Of a DNA stretch of 64,000 nucleotides, positions 25,645-42,919 are shown piece after piece (position 1 is the stretch's first letter; each line of letters opens with the position of its first letter). Position numbers and translations under genes: made by a program. Source of the DNA: the human T2T-CHM13v2.0 reference genome, Homo sapiens; assembly GCF_009914755.1 (NCBI RefSeq), contig NC_060944.1. One strand, written 5' to 3'. The notes under the pieces are model-generated. The model had not been told where the DNA came from and did not search any database. It saw only the letters and a list, made by a program, of their open reading frames with translations.

Positions 25645-25950
25645 CTTTTTCTTTTCTCTCTTCTTTTTTTTTTTTGACAGAGTTTCATTCTGTTGCCCAA
25701 GCTGGATTGCGGTGGCATGATCATAGCTCACTGCAGCCTCTAACTCCTGGGCTCAAGTGATCTTCCCATCTCAGTCTCCTGAGTAGCTGGGACTACAGGC
25801 ATGCATCACCACATCCAGCTAATTATTTTCTGTAGAGATGGGGTTTTGCCATGTTGCCCAGGCTGGTCTCAAACTCCTGGACTCAAGTGATCATCCCACC
25901 TCAGCCTTCCAAGGTGCTGGGATGACAGGCCTGAGCCACCATGCCCAGCC
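25645..25950 (-). mobile_element. Alu (J-like)
   Basis: Reverse Alu with a T-rich tail. Confidence 0.92.
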
Positions 25951-27353
25951 TTCTCTTTCAATCGCATTGTCTGGCTAGCAGTAAATCAGTCTTCTGTATA
26001 CTCAATATAATCTGTTATTTCCATGTGGCATCATTTTAAAAGTCATTTTAAGTGATAGGGAATCGGGTAAAATTCCACTGGACTTTATCACAGCCACCCA
26101 AACAAATGGATAGCAGATAGTGACAACACCTAACTCCCCCTCTGCCTGCTGGCTGGCAGATTTCTTGGACATCCATTCTCGGGCACACCCTCATTCAAGA
26201 AACTTTAAGATGGTGCTGATGGGGAGGTAGTGTGTGAGAATGAGTTACGATCATCGTTACCATTTCTTTGAAGCATTCCAAATTGCTAGCAAACTTGAAA
26301 CAAATGCCCCTGGCTGAGTCTGGGTGTGTTGGGGGCCAAGTATATAATTGGAAGTTCTCTGGATTAATGTCTATATACAATGCTTATTACAGGTGGTTTT
26401 TAAATGTGCTAATATCATATTAAAACTTAACCATAACCACAATGATTGTTTAGAACTGAAGACTAACAGAAGGTTTTTTGGACTAATTTAATCACTGACT
26501 TTGAAATTGCCAGTGCAGTGATACTAAAAAGCAGACCTACTTTTGGTGGTTTTCTTGTCACCTTCAACTGTTCTGCAGACTACGTCCCCCTCATTGCCTG
26601 TACGAGGTGGGTCTCCCACTGCCCTATTGTGCTCAGTAAATGTTTTGATGATCATAAGGAGAGGTCCTTAATGGGCATCCCAGAAAGGAGTGAACGAGGG
26701 AGTGACCCGGGACAGGGAGCCATTGCTTCTGAGTCTTAAGCCTGATTATGCTATGTGTCCTTAGGGAAGCCATACCCTCTCTGTGCTTCAGATGGGTATC
26801 CTTTCCCTGCTCTGCTTAGCCTGGATGATGGAGATGTCAGGCCTTGGGCAGAAGTGAATGACAAATGCTTGCCTGCTCCAACCCTGGGCACCCACCTAGG
26901 AGTCAAACACATGCCGGTGCTGGGCCAGGTCAGCCTCATCTGCCCATCCCCTTCTCCTCTTGCTCCCCAGCTATCCTTACACCTAGCTAGGCCTTTTAAT
27001 GCTTAGTAGGGGCCCCTCACGTGAAGGGGCTGACCTCTGATGCTCTCAAGGACCCCTGTTCCTGGAGTTGCCCCATGGCTGCCACTGGGCGCCTCTTCCC
27101 AGCCTGTGCAAAAACCCCTTCCCAGTGTCTCACTGCTGCACTGGCTTCACAGCCCCGGGCTGTGGTCCCAAAGGACATCTTCCAGTCCTGTCACTCAGCC
27201 ATCCCCAGTGAGTTATGCTACAGCTGAGCTTGGCTAAAAGGCAGCCTCATTCCTGCCTGGAACTTCTGCTCCTTTCCCACTTTTAATCTGATGGCTGAGT
27301 CTGACTCACTGCAGGGCTGTGAGGACAACAGATGGCCCAGAAGAGAACAAATG

Positions 27354-27378
27354 CACACACACACACACACACACACAC
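27354..27378. repeat. (CA)n microsatellite
   Basis: About 12 CA units. Confidence 0.95.
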
Positions 27379-28156
27379 GCATGATATATACACCCCATGT
27401 TTCACATTACTTTAGCTAAGGGTAGTGAGATGGCCACAGAGCAAGAGCAGATGCAGCCAGTCATGGCCTGGCTTTTGACCTTCCCCAGTTCCCTGTGCAG
27501 TGGTTGCTACTTTCTCTGAGTAGGTAGGATCCTTCCAGAACAGAGTAAAAGGCTGAGTTCCTGCTATGCCACAAAGTCTTTTATATTCAGTTTCCATCAC
27601 TTCCAGAAGAACGTACATAACCATGAAGGCCTGCCCTTGTAATGTTCACCAAGGTCGAATTTCCCTAGTTCCTAAAGCTTCAATATTACCATTCCAGTCT
27701 TCCCGTGACCCAGATAACTCTTTCAAGCTCATCTCGCCAGTGTCCTGAGTCCATTATTTCCATTGAGGGACCACCTCATATCCATCAAACATGACAGGAG
27801 AGGTCTGAATGCCATTGGTTGGCAGAGATTGTTTCTTCCCTGGTTCTCCCCTGTGAAGACTGAGAAGTGGTCAGTCTGCCAACATTGAGAGACAGCTCGG
27901 GAGGTTTTGTCTGCCTGGTGTATACAGAGGAGGCTGTGATGGGTCACATCTAATGTCTTTCCAGAGCAGAGAGGAGCCCATGATGGGGATGTCCCTGTCC
28001 TGACAGGTGAGGGGCAGGACACCCAAACACGTATGCAATGCGTACACTGGAAGTTAAGGTCCATGACGACGGGGACTCTTTTGTTTACTATTGTGTTATA
28101 GGACCTTAATAAATATTTCTTCAGTGAGTCACTGGAACCACACTTACAGTATATTA

Positions 28157-28498
<342 letters not shown>

Positions 28499-28501
28499 TT
28501 A

Positions 28502-29323
<822 letters not shown>

Positions 29324-30226
29324 AGAGGAAGACCTGATGGAAGGGATTTTGATAAAATGTATCAAAAGCCTGAAAAGTGTACATACTTTTTGAACCAAGA
29401 GTTCTACTACTTCTAGGATTTAGCTTTAAGGAATAACTGTGAGGTGAATGAAGATTTAGCCAAGGATCTTCATCACATCGTTTATAGTAGTGAAAAAAAG
29501 TCTAGGTGATTAAAAATAGTGATTGACTAAAGAGTGTCACACACACACTCATATAGCAGATCGCTCTTCAGGAATTTAAATGACACTCCAAGAATAAATT
29601 TAATAACCCAGGCAAGTAGTGGCATATGCAGTAGAAACCCACTTTTAAAAGGTGTGGGTATATATATGTATATGAATTTTTATGTGTGTGCACAGGAAAA
29701 AAACCTAGAATAAACCTAGAATAAATAAATAAATCGGGGTGAAGAATTACAAATGCTAGTAATTTTATTGTTTTTGGTTTTTATCTATTAAATAATTTTT
29801 CCAAAATGAATATGCATTAGCTGCATGTTTTATAAAATTAAAAAAAAAACTTATTTTAAAAATACTGGAAGAAAAGACAATAATGAATTATTACAAGTTG
29901 TTTTGGAAGGGATAAGATTTTGAATTCTTCTATACCTCTCTTACTATAAAGCTGTAGTAATTTTATAATGGAAAAATAAACTTTTAGAAGAGAAATAGGA
30001 GATTTGGGGATCAAGTGGATAGATTAGCACATGCTAAAATCTATCTTTTTACTTGAAAAACACAAAAATGATAGAAAAAATTTTTAAATACATACATAAA
30101 TATAAACATATACACTCATTCTCAAAATCTTTCTCGACCAGAAACCAAAAATAAAGGTCCCACTGTTGGAAGTAGGGATTGAACCTCAAGACCTGCGGGA
30201 GCTGGGTCTGGAAACAGGCTTTGGGC

Positions 30227-30545
30227 CTGTGGTAGCCAGCCTTCAGGATGGTCCCGGATGACACTTACCTCCTAGGTATTCATGCCCTTGTGTAGTCTCC
30301 TCCCACAGTGAATCAGGGCTGATCTGTTACTAGTAGAGTATGATGCAAGTGACAATGTGTGACTTCCAAACTAGGTCATAAAAGGCACTGCAGCTTCCAT
30401 GTTGGTCTTTTGGATCACTGGATCTGGGGGAAACCAACCACTGTGTTGTGAGGACACGCAAGCAGTTCTGTGGAGGCTCACGTGGAGAGGAAAGAACCAG
30501 GGGACCAGCTACCTTGCAAATCAACCCTAACAACTTGGTTGATGA
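30227..30545 (+). mobile_element. MaLR LTR fragment (MLT1E/F-like)
   Basis: tgtggtagccagcc...cctcctaggtattcatgcccttgtgtagtctcctcccaca. Confidence 0.7.
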
Positions 30546-30599
30546 CACAAAGACCACAAAGGAAAGAGTACATGAAGCAGGGCCCTTTGAACCTATGGA

Positions 30600-33027
30600 G
30601 CACAGTTTGGCACTATGTACCAATGACACTTGTTTTAATTAACAAACCAATATTGATACATTATTATTAACTATAGTCTATATTAAGGTTCTCTTTTTTT
30701 GTATTGTACAGATCTGTGGGGTTTTGACAAATGCATAATATTGTGTATCCACCATTACACTGTCATACAGAATAGTTTTTACTGCCCTGAAAAGCCTCTG
30801 TGCTCTACCTATTTAACCCTCTGCGCTCACACCAAACCCCTGGCAACCACTGACTGACCTTTTTACATTCCCTATAGTTCTGCTTTTTGCAGAATGTCAT
30901 AGTAGAAATCATACACTATGTAGACTTTTCAGACTGGCTTCTTTCATGTAACAATATGCATTTGTTTCTTCCATGTCTTTTCTTAGCTTGGTAGCTCATT
31001 TCTTTCTGTTGCTGAATAATATTCCATTGAATGGATGTGCCAGACTTTGTTTATTCATTCACCTATTAAAGGACATCTTGGTGGCTTCCAGTTTCTGGCA
31101 ATTGTGAATAAAGCTACTATAAATATTTATGTGCAGGTTTTTGTGTGGACATAAGTTTACAACTCAATTGGGTAAATATCTAGGAGTGCAATTACTGGAT
31201 CATATGGTGCAAATATGTTTAGTTTTATAAGGAACTGCTGAACTCTTCCAAAGTAGCTGTAGCGTTTTGCATTCTCACCAGCAATGAAAGAGCATTCTGT
31301 TGCCAGCATTTGGTGTTGTCAGTTTTGTGGATTTTAGTCACTCTAAAAGATATGTAGTGAAATCTCATTTTAATTTGCAATCTCCTAATGACATATGATG
31401 TGGATCTTCATCTCTATGCTTATTTGTCACCTGCATATTTTCTTTAGTGAGGTGTAATTTTCAGACCTTTTGCCCATGTAAAAAATTAGGTTCTTTTCTT
31501 ATTGTTGAGTTTTAAGTGTTTATAATTTTGAATACCAGTCCTTTATCAGTTAATGTGTTTTGCAAATAACTTCTAATCTTTGGCTTACCTTTTCATTCTC
31601 TTAACATTCTTTCACAGAGCAGAAGTTTTTAATTTTAATAAAGTTCAGTTTAAGAATTTTTTGTTCCATGGGTTGTGCTTTTGGTGTTGAATTTAAAAAC
31701 TCATCGCCAAACCACAAACCACATAGATTGGTTCCTATATTAGCTTCTGTAAGTTTTGTAGTTTTATGTTTCACATTTAAGTCTAAGATCCATTTTGATC
31801 TAACTTTTATAAAAGGTGGAAGGACTGTCTGGATTTTCCCATTTGTTAAAAAGATTCTCCTCTTCCCTCTTCCTGCACTGAATTGCCTTTGCTTCTTTGA
31901 CAAATATAATTTGACTATATTTATGTGGGTGTATTTCTGGGCTCTCTATTCTGTGCTGTTGATCAGTTTGTCTGTTTTTTCACCAATACCACACAGTCTT
32001 GCCTAATGTAGATTTATAGTAAGTCATAAAGTCAGGTAGTGTTAATCCTCTGACTTTGTTCCTTTTCAGGATTGTGTTGGTCATTCTAGGTCATTTGACT
32101 TCCCATATTAACTTTAGAATCTGTCAATATTCACAAAATAACTTATTCGAATTTTATTGGAATTGTGTTGAATCTATAGATAGGGTTGGGGAGAATTCTC
32201 GTCTTAAAATTATTGAGTTTTGCTATTCATGTACATGGAATATCTCTCCATTTATTTATATTTTCTTTGATTTTTGTCATCAGAGTTTTCTGTGTTTCCT
32301 TATATTGATCCTGTACATATTTTGTTGGATTTATGCCTAGGTATTTCATTATTTTTGGTGGTAATGTAAATGGCATTATGTTTCTAATTTCAGCTTCCAA
32401 CTGTTCATTGATGGCATAAAGGAAAGCACTAAACTTTTAAATATTAACTTTATATTCTGTGAACTTCCTATAATCACTTATTAGTTCCAGGAGTCTTTTG
32501 TTGTTGAATCTTTGGGATTTTCTATGTTAGACAATCATGCCACACTGTACACAGAAATAAAGACAGCTTTATTTCTTCTTTCCCAATTGGCATGCCTTTT
32601 ATTCTCTTTTCTTGTCTTATTGCACTAGCAAGAAATTCTAGTGCAATATTAAATAGGAGTGGCGAAAGGGGACATCTTTGCCTTGTTCCCAATATTAGGG
32701 GGGAAAACATCCAGTTTCTCATCATTAAGTATGATGTTAGTTGTAGAATTATTGTAACTCCCGTTTGTTAATTTGAGAATGTTTCCTATTATTCCTAGGT
32801 CGCTGCGAGTTTTTATTATGAAAGGGTGTTGGATTTTGGCAATGCCTTTTTTGCATCCATTGATATGATCGATCACATGATTTTCTTCTTAAACTTATTG
32901 ATTTGATGAATTACATTAATTGATTTTTGAACGTTGAACCAGTTGTTCCTGCCTGGAATAAATCCTGCTTGGTCAAATCATGGTGTATAATGATTTTTAT
33001 ACATTGTTGGATTTGATTTGCTAATTT
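30600..33027 (-). mobile_element. Old L1 (L1MC-like) 3'UTR and ORF2; resumes at ~40952-41270 after a nested L1
   Basis: RT remnant [32 protein letters not shown] in ORF 32522..32725. Confidence 0.88.
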
Positions 33028-35514
33028 TTTTAAAAAAAAATTGGGGGTACATAGTAGGTATATATATTTATGGGGTACATGTGATATTTTGATTCAGGCA
33101 TTCAATGTGTAATAATCACATCAGTGTAAGTGGGGTATCCATCACCTCAAGCATTTATCCTTTCTTTGTGTTACAAACAATCCAATTATACTCTTTTAGT
33201 TATTTTAAAATGTGCAATAAATTTTGTTGACTGTAGTCACCCTGTTGTGCTATCAAATACTAGATCTTATTCATTCTGTCTAACTATATTTTTGTACCCA
33301 TTTACCATCCACATTTCCCTCCCTACTCCCCCAACTACCCTTCCCAGCCTCTGGTAAGCACCATTCTACCTTTATCTCCATGAGTTCAATTTTAAAAAAC
33401 TTTTAGCTCCCCCAAATAAGTGAGAACATGCAAAGTTTGTCTTTCTGTGCCTGGCTTATTTCACTTAACATAATGACCTTCAGTTTCATCCATGTTGTTG
33501 CAAATGACAGGATCTCATTCTTTTTTTATGGCTGAATAGTACCCCATTGTGTATATGTACCACATTTTCTTTATTCATTCATCTATTGATGGACACTTAC
33601 ATTGCTTCTAAATGTTGGCTATTGTGAATAGTGCAGCAATAAACATGGGAGTGCAAATATCTCTTTGATATACTGATTTCCCTTCTTCTGGGTATTATCT
33701 AGAAATGGGATTGATGGATCATATGGTATCTCTATTTTTAGTTTTTTGATGAACTTCCAAACTGTTCTCCATAGTGTTTGTACCAATTTACATTCCCACC
33801 AACAGTGTATGAGGGTTGCCTTTTCTTTACATCCTCATCAGCATTTGTTATTGCCTGTCTTGGATAAAAGCCATTTTAACTGGGGTGAGATGATATCTCA
33901 CTGTAGTTTTGATTTGCATTTCTCTGATGATGATAATGATGTTAAGCACCTTTTCCTACGCCTGTTTGCCATTTGTATGTCTTCTTTTGAGAAATGTCTA
34001 TTCAGATGTTTTGCCCATTTTAAACTCAGATTATTAGATTTTTTTTCCTATTGAGTTGTTTGAGCTCCTTATATATTTTGGTTATTAATCTCCTATCAAA
34101 TGGATAGTTTGCAGATATTTTCTCCCATTCTGTGGGTTGTCTCTTTACTTTGTTGATTGTTTCTTTTGCTGTGAAGAAGGTTTTTAACTTCATGTGATCC
34201 CATTTGTTCATTTTTGCTTTGGCCGACTGTGCTTGTAAGGTATTACTTTGCCCAGTCCAATGTCCAGGAGAGTTTCTCCAATGTTTTCTTTTAGTAGTTT
34301 CATCGTTTGTGGTCTTAGATTTCAATCTTTAATCCATTTTAATTTGATTTTTGTATATATTGCAGGAGATAGTCTAGTTTCATGCTTCTGCATATGGATA
34401 TCCAGTTTCTCCAGCACCATTTATTGAAGAGACTGTCCTTTTCCCAATTTATATTCTTGGCATCTTTGTTTAAATAGATCAGATGGATTCGTTTCTGGGT
34501 TCTCTATTCTGTTCCATTAGTCTGTCTGTTTTTATGCCATTAACATACTGTTTTGGTTATTATAGCTCTGTAGTATAATTTGAAGCCAGGTAATGTGATT
34601 CCTCAAGTTTTGTTCCTTTTGCTCACAATAGCTTTGGGTATTCTGGGTCTTTTGTGGTTCTATATAAATTATAGAATTTTTTCTATTTCTATTAAGAATG
34701 TCACTGGTATTTTGATAGGAATTGCATTGACTCTGTAGATTGCTTTGGATAATATGGACATTTTAACAATATTGATTCTTCCAACCCATGAACATGGAAT
34801 ATCTCTATTTTTTGTGTCTTCCTCAATTTATTTTACCAATGTTTTATAGTTTTCATTGTAGAGATCTTTCACTATTTTGGTTAAGTTTATTGTTCGGTAT
34901 TTTATTTGTGGCTATTCCCAATGGAATTACTTTCTTGATTTCTTTTTTAGATTGTTCATCCTTGGCATATAGAAATGCTACAGATTTTTGTATGCTGATT
35001 TTGTATTCTGCAACTTTAGTGAATTTATCTAACAGTTTTTTGGTGGAGCCTTTAGGTTTTTCCAAATAGAAGATCAGATTGTCTAAAAACAAGGGTAATT
35101 TGACTTCTTCTTTCCCAGTTTGGATGCCCTTTCTTTCTTTCTTTCTTTTGTCTGATTGCTCTAGCTAGGACTTCTAGTACTATGTTGAATAATAGTGTAC
35201 TGGGCATCCTTGGCTTATTCCAGATCGTAAAGGAAAGGATTTTAGTTTTTCTCCATTCAGTATGATAGTAGTGATGGGTCTGTCATATATGTCATATATG
35301 GGTTTTATTATATTGCAGTACATTCCTTCTCTACCCAGTTTTTTGAGGGTTTTTATCATGAAGGGATGTTGAATTTTATCAAATGCTTTTTCAGCATCAA
35401 TTAAAATGATCATGTAGTTTTTGTCCTTCATTCTTGTTGATAAGATGTATCACTGATTGAATTGCATATGCTGAACCATCCTTTTATTCCTGGGATGGAT
35501 GTCACTTGGTCATA

Positions 35515-35756
35515 ATTAATTATTATTATTATTTTTTGAGACAGACTTTCGCTCTTGTCGCCCAGGCTGGAGTGCAATGGCGCAATCTGCAATGGCTCAC
35601 TGTGACCTCCGCCTCCCAGGTTCAAGCAATTCTCCTGCCTCAGCCTCCCAAGTAGGTGGGATTGCAGGCCCCCACCACCATGCCCAGGTAATTTTTGTAT
35701 TTTTAGTAGAGATGAGGTTTCACCATATTACAGGCGTGAGTCACTATGCCCGGCCA
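35515..35756 (-). mobile_element. Alu with an internal deletion
   Basis: Reverse Alu; ttcaccat is joined directly to attacaggcgtgag. Confidence 0.9.
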
Positions 35757-37288
35757 TGAATGATTTTTTAAATGTGTCTTTGAATTTGGTTTGCTAGTAT
35801 TTTGTTGAGGATTTTTGCATCAATGATCATCAGGGATCCTGGCCTGTAGTTTTCTTTTTTTGATGTGTCTTTCTCTGGTTTTGGTATCAGAGTAATACTG
35901 GCCTTGTAGCATGAGTTTGGAAGTATTCCCTTCTCCTCTATTTTTCAGAATAGTTTGAGTAGGATTGGTATTAGTTCTTCTTTAAATGTTTGGTAAAATT
36001 CAGCAGTGCAGCAATTGGGTCCCGGGCTTTTCTTTGCTGTGAGACTTTTTATTATGGCTTTGATCTCATTGCTTGTTATTAGTCTGTTCAGGTTTTGGAT
36101 TTCTTCATAGTTCAATCTGGGTAGGTTGATTTATCTATTTCTTCTAGATTTTCCAATTTATTGGCATATAGTTGCTCATAGTAGTGTCTAATAATAGTAG
36201 TGTCTTTGAATTTCTGCAGTATCAGTTTTAATGTCTCCTTTTCATCTCTGATTTTATTAGTGTCTCCTCTCTTTTTTTTTCTTAGTTGGGCTAAATTTAT
36301 CAACATTGTTTGTCTTTTCAAAAAAACAAATTTTTGTTTCATTGATCTGTATTTTTTAATTTCAATTTTATTTACTTCTGCTCTGATCTTTATTTCTTCT
36401 ACTGATTTTGGGTTTTGCTTTTGCTTTTCTAGTTTTTTAAGATGCATCATTAGATTATTTGAAGTTTTTCTACTTTTTTGATGTAGGTGCTTATTGCTGT
36501 AAGTTTTCCTCTTAGTGCTGCTTTTGTTGTATCCCATAGGGTTTGGTATGTTGTGTTTCCGTATTCATTTATTTCAACAAATTTTTTTCTTTTTTCTTAT
36601 TTTTTTCTACTCGTAAATTTTTTATACGATAACAAAATGTTTTTCACTTTCCTTCTTAAATTTCTTTATTGACCCACTAGTCATTTAGGAGCATATTGTT
36701 TAATTTCCATGTGCTTGGACAGTTTCCAAAATTCCTCTTGTTATTGGATTTCTAGTTTTATTCCATTGTGGTCAGAGAAGATACTTGATAGTATTTCAAT
36801 TTTTGGGAATTTTTAAATACTTGTTCTGGGGCCTAACATATGGTCTATCCTTGAGAATGATCTATGTGCAGAGAAGAATGTGTATTTTGCAGTCATTGGA
36901 TAAACTGTTCTATAAATATCTTTTAGGTCCATTTGGTCTATAGATGGAATCTATAGTTCAGATTAAGTCCAATGTTTCTTTGTTGATTTTCTGTCTGGAT
37001 GATCTGTTCAATGCTGCATGTGGGATGCTGAAGTCTCCAGTTATTGTACTGGAGTCTGTCTCTCTAGCTCTAATAATATATACTTTATATATCTGGGTGA
37101 TCCAGTGTTGAGTGCATATAGGTTTACAATTGTTATATTCTCTTGATGAATTGACCCCTTTATTATATAATGATCTTCTTTGTCTCTTTTTATAGTTTTT
37201 GTCTTGAAATATACTGCTCTTTTTTGGTTTCCATTTGCAAGGAATGTCTTTTTCCATCCCTTTATTTTCAGTTTACGTGTGTCTTTAA

Positions 37289-37810
<522 letters not shown>

Positions 37811-38365
37811 TACTTTATGTCTTCTAACTGGAGAGTTTAGTCCATTTGTCTTCAATGTTATTATTGATAAGCACTTACTCTTGCCATTTTGTTATTTGTT
37901 TTCTGGTTGTTTTGTAGTCTTCTTTTCCTTCTTTCCTTCCTTTCCATCTTCCTTTTAATGAAGGTGACTTTCTCAGGTGGTATGTTTTAATTTCTTGCTA
38001 TTACTTTTGTGTATCCATTGTATGTTTTTTTATTTGAGGCCACCATAAGGCTTGCAAATAATATCTTGTAACCCATTATTTTAAACTGATGACAACTTAA
38101 CAATGATTGCATAAGCAAACTAACAAGCAAAGAGATGAATAAAAACTCTACACTTTAACTTCATCCCCTTGCTTTTGACTTTTTGTTGTTTCTATTTATA
38201 TCTTATTATACTATGTCTTGAAAAGTTGTAGTTATTATTTTTGACAGGGTCATCATTTAGTCTTTCTACTCAAGAGATCAGTAGTTTACACACTACAGTT
38301 ACAGTGTTATATTCTGTGTCTTTCTGTGTACTTATGATTATCTGTGAATTTTATACTTTCAGATG

Positions 38366-38647
38366 ATTTTTTTTTTTTTTTTTGAGACAGGGACTCACTG
38401 TCACCCTCGCTGGACTGCAATGGAGTGTGGCTCACTGCAGCCTCAACCTCCCAGGCTCAAGCAATCCTCTCATCCCAGACTTTCAAATAGTTGGGACTTC
38501 AGGCACATACCACCATGCCCAGCTAATTTTTACTTTTTGTAGAGATGGGGTTTCATTATGTTACCCAGGCTGGTCTTGAACTCCTGGACACAAGCAATCC
38601 CCCAACCTTGGCTTCCCAAAGGGCTGGGATTAAAGGTGTGAGCCCCC
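38366..38647 (-). mobile_element. Alu (J-like)
   Basis: Reverse Alu; TSD cagatgattt. Confidence 0.9.
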
Positions 38648-41600
38648 AGATGATTTCTTATTGCTCAATAACATCCTTTTTGTTTTTTTAATTGAAGAAA
38701 TTCCTTTAGCATTTCTTGTAGGACAGATCTGGTGTTGATAAAATCCCTCAGGTTTTGTTTGTCTGGGAAAGTCGTTATTTTTCCTTCATGTTTGAAGGAT
38801 ATTTTCACTGGATAAATTCCAGTATAAAAAGGTTAGTTTTTCTTTAGCCCTTTAAGTATGTCATGCTAGTTTCTCTCCTGGCCTGTAAGGTTTCCACTAA
38901 GAAGTCTGTTACCAGATGTATTGGAGCTCCTTTGTATGTTATTTGTTTCTTTGGCTGCTTTTAGGATCCTTTTTTATCTTTGACTTTTGGGAGTCTGATT
39001 ATTAAATGTCTTGAGGTAGTCTTATTTGGGTTAAATCTGCTTGGTGTTCTATATAACCTTCTTGTATTTGAATATTGATATATCTCTAGGTTTGAGAAGT
39101 TCTCTGTTATTATCCTTTTGAATAAACTTTCTACCCTAGTCCCTCTCTCTACTGCCTCTTTATGGCCAGTAACTCTTAGATTTGCCCTTTGGAGGCTATT
39201 TTCTAGATCTTGTAAGCATGCTTCATTCTTTCTTATTCTTTTTTCTTTTGTCTCCTGACTGTATTTTAAAATACACTGTCTTCAAGCTCATTAATTCTTT
39301 CTTCTGCTTGACAAATTCTGCTGTTAGGAGACTCTGATGCATTCTTCAGTATGTCAGTTGCATTTTTCAGCTCCAGAGTTTCTGCTTGGTTCTGTTTAAT
39401 TATTTCAACTTCTTTGTTAAATTTATCTGATAGGATTCTGAATTTCTTCTCTGTTATCAACATGATTTTGTTGAGTTTCTTCAAAATGGCTATTTTGAAT
39501 TATCTATCCAAATATTCATCAATCTCTGTCTGAGATTGGCCCCAGGTGGGTCCATAGATGTCGTCCAGAAGGCAGGGCCTGTAGTTGGGAACCTTAGGAG
39601 TCTACCTGATGCTCTATTCTACTGCGGCTGAGCTTGCATCCAAGCCACAAGACAAAGTCCTTTCCACTATTCCCTCCCCTTTCCTCAGGCAGAGGAGTCT
39701 CCCCATGGCCACCACTGTCCTAGGCCCGTGGTGAGTACTGCCTGGCTACCACCTATGTTCATTCAAGACCCAAGGGCTCTTCAGTCAGCTTATGGTGAAT
39801 GCTTGTAGTCCTGATTCTCTCCTTTCAGGGCAGTGGGCTTACCTCTGGCCCAGTACAGGTCCAGAAATGCCATCCAGGAGCCAAGACCTGGAATCGGGGC
39901 CCCAGAGTCCCACTTGGTACTCGGTACTCTACCCAACTGTGGCCAAGCTGGTACCCAAGCTGCAAGACAAAGTCCCCTTTACTCTTCCCTCTCCTTTCCT
40001 TAGGCAGAAGGGGTCTCTCCCTGAGGCCACCGTAGCTGGGAATGTACTGGGTCACACATGAAGCCAGTGTGGCTCTGAGTCTCACCCAAGGCCTGCGGCC
40101 AGTACTACTTGGCTAACACTGCTGATTATTCAAGGCCAAAGGGCCCTTTAGTCAGCAGGTGATGAATTTTGCCAGAACTGGGTCCTTCTGTTCTGGCAGT
40201 AGGTTCCTTTCTGGTAAGTTTAGAAATGTCATCCAGAAGCTAGAGCCTGGAACGAGTGCCTCAGACCTCTGCTTAGTGTCCTATTCTACTGTGGCTGAGC
40301 TAGTATCCAATTTGCCAAAAAAAAAAGCTCTGTTTACTCTTCTCCTCCTCTCCTCAAGCAGAGGGAAAGAGTCTTTCCTGGAGCTGTAAGCTGTGCTGCC
40401 TGGAGTTGGGGGAGAGATGACACAAGCACTCCCTTGATCACCCCAGCTGGTGTCTCACTAGGTCACATGCCTCCCAAGTACACTGGCTCCGAACACAGCA
40501 TAGCACCAGGACTTGCCCAGGAATTGCAGTCCTTCTGGTCCAGACGGCCTTCCAAATTTATTTAGGACCCCAGAGCACTTTAGCCCACTTTGGCGGGGTT
40601 TGCCAGAACTCACGTTCTGACTGCTGGGATGGATGATTTGCCCCTGGCTAGGACATGGGCACTCGCGAAGTTCTGCCCCGTTGCTTTCCACTGTGAGAGG
40701 GCGGCACTGAGTTCCATTGCAGTGTCCCACAATCACTGTGCTCTCTTCCAGAAGTGCACATATTCTCTCTCCATACCACACTCAGTGCCTCTTTCTTTAA
40801 TATGATTTTAATATCAAGTACTGTAATCACTTGTCTGATTTTTGGCTCCTATGAAGGTGCTTTTTTGTGTGGATCATTGTGCAATTTGGTGTTCTTGCAG
40901 GGTAGACAATTGCTGGAGGCTTCTTTTCAGCCATCTTGCTCCACCTCCTCCTGATTTGCTAGTATTTTATTGAGGAGTTGTACATCTGTGTTCCTGAGAG
41001 ATTGGTTTTTAATTTTCCTTTATTATAATATCTTAATCTCGTTTCGGTATTAGGGTAGTGCTGGCCTCATAGGATGAGTTAAGAAGTATTCCCTCTGCTT
41101 CCGTTTTCTGGAAGAAATTGCAGAGAATTGATACTATTTATTCCTTAAACATTTGGTTTCACCAGTGAAACCAGTGAAACCATCTGGGTCTTGTACTTTC
41201 TTTTTTTGGAAGGTTACTAATTATTAATTCAGTATAAAACCAGCCTTGCATTTTAAGAATGAGTGAGAGGCATACAGTTTAATTCCATCACAACTGATCA
41301 GAAAACATACTTCACATAACTTCAATTATTTTAAATTTGTTAAAGTTTGTTTTATGTCCCAGGATATGGTCTATCTTGGTAAATGTTCCATGTGCACTTG
41401 AAAAAAAAATGTGTATTCTGCTGCTGTTGGATGGAATGTTCTAGAAATGTCACTTAAATGTTGTTGCTCATGTTGTTAATTTCTTCTAATCTTTGATGAT
41501 TTTTTTTTTTTTTTGTCTAATGGTTCTATCAGTTAGTGATAGAAGGATGTTGAAGTCCACGCTGTAATTGTGGATTTATCTATTTCTTCTTTCAATTCTG

Positions 41601-42042
41601 TCAGTTTTCACATTATTTTATAACTTTGTTGTTCAGTGCATACTATTTTAGGGTTGTTGAGTCCTCTTGGCTTGGGGTTTGCTCATTTTCTTAAATCTGA
41701 AGATTTACACCTTCCACCAAATTTGGGGAGTTTTCAGCTATGATTTCTTTAAGTATATTTTCAGCACTGCACTCTTTCTCTTGTCCTTATGGAACTCCAA
41801 TAGCTCTAAAGAGTATTTAGATCTTGGAGTATTTTCCCATAGGTCCTTAAAGTCCTATTCATTTTTAAAAAATCTATTGTCTTTTTTTTCCTCTGTTCAG
41901 ACTGTGTAACTTTTATTGGTTTGTCTTCAAGTTCAATGTTTCTTTCCTCTGTCATCTCCACTCTGCCATTGTGTCCATCCAATGAGTTTGTTTCTGTTAT
42001 TGTGTATATATATATATTTTTAAGTTCTAAAACTTCCATCTG

Positions 42043-42490
42043 GGGCTGGGTGTGGTGGCTCATGCCTGTAATCCCAGCACTTTGGGAGGCTGAGGCGGGC
42101 AGATCACTTTAGTCCGTGAGTTTCAGACCAGCCTGGGCAACATGGCGAAACTCCATCTCTATAAAAAATACAAAAAATTAGCTGCGCATGAAGGCATGTG
42201 CCTGTAGTCCCAGCTATTCACGATGCTGAGGTGGAAGGATCGCTTGAGCCCAAGAGGTGGAGCTTGCAGGTGAGCTGAGATCACGCCACAGCGCTCCAGC
42301 CTGGGTGACAGAGACAAACCCTGTCTCAAAAGAAATAAGTTAATAAATAAAAAATAAAATAGGCTGGGCACAGTGGCTCACACCTGTAATCCCAGCGCTT
42401 TGGGAGGCTGAGGCAGGCAGATTGCTTGAGCACAAGAGTTTGAGAGCAGCCTGGGCAATGTAGTGAGACCCTGTCTCTATTTTTTTAAAA
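42043..42490 (+). mobile_element. Alu (42043-42360) followed directly by a FLAM/left monomer (42362-42490)
   Basis: Two GGCTGGG starts; flanking cttccatYtggg duplication. Confidence 0.9.
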
Positions 42491-42509
42491 ATGATTTAAA
42501 ATAAAATAA

Positions 42510-42919
<410 letters not shown>
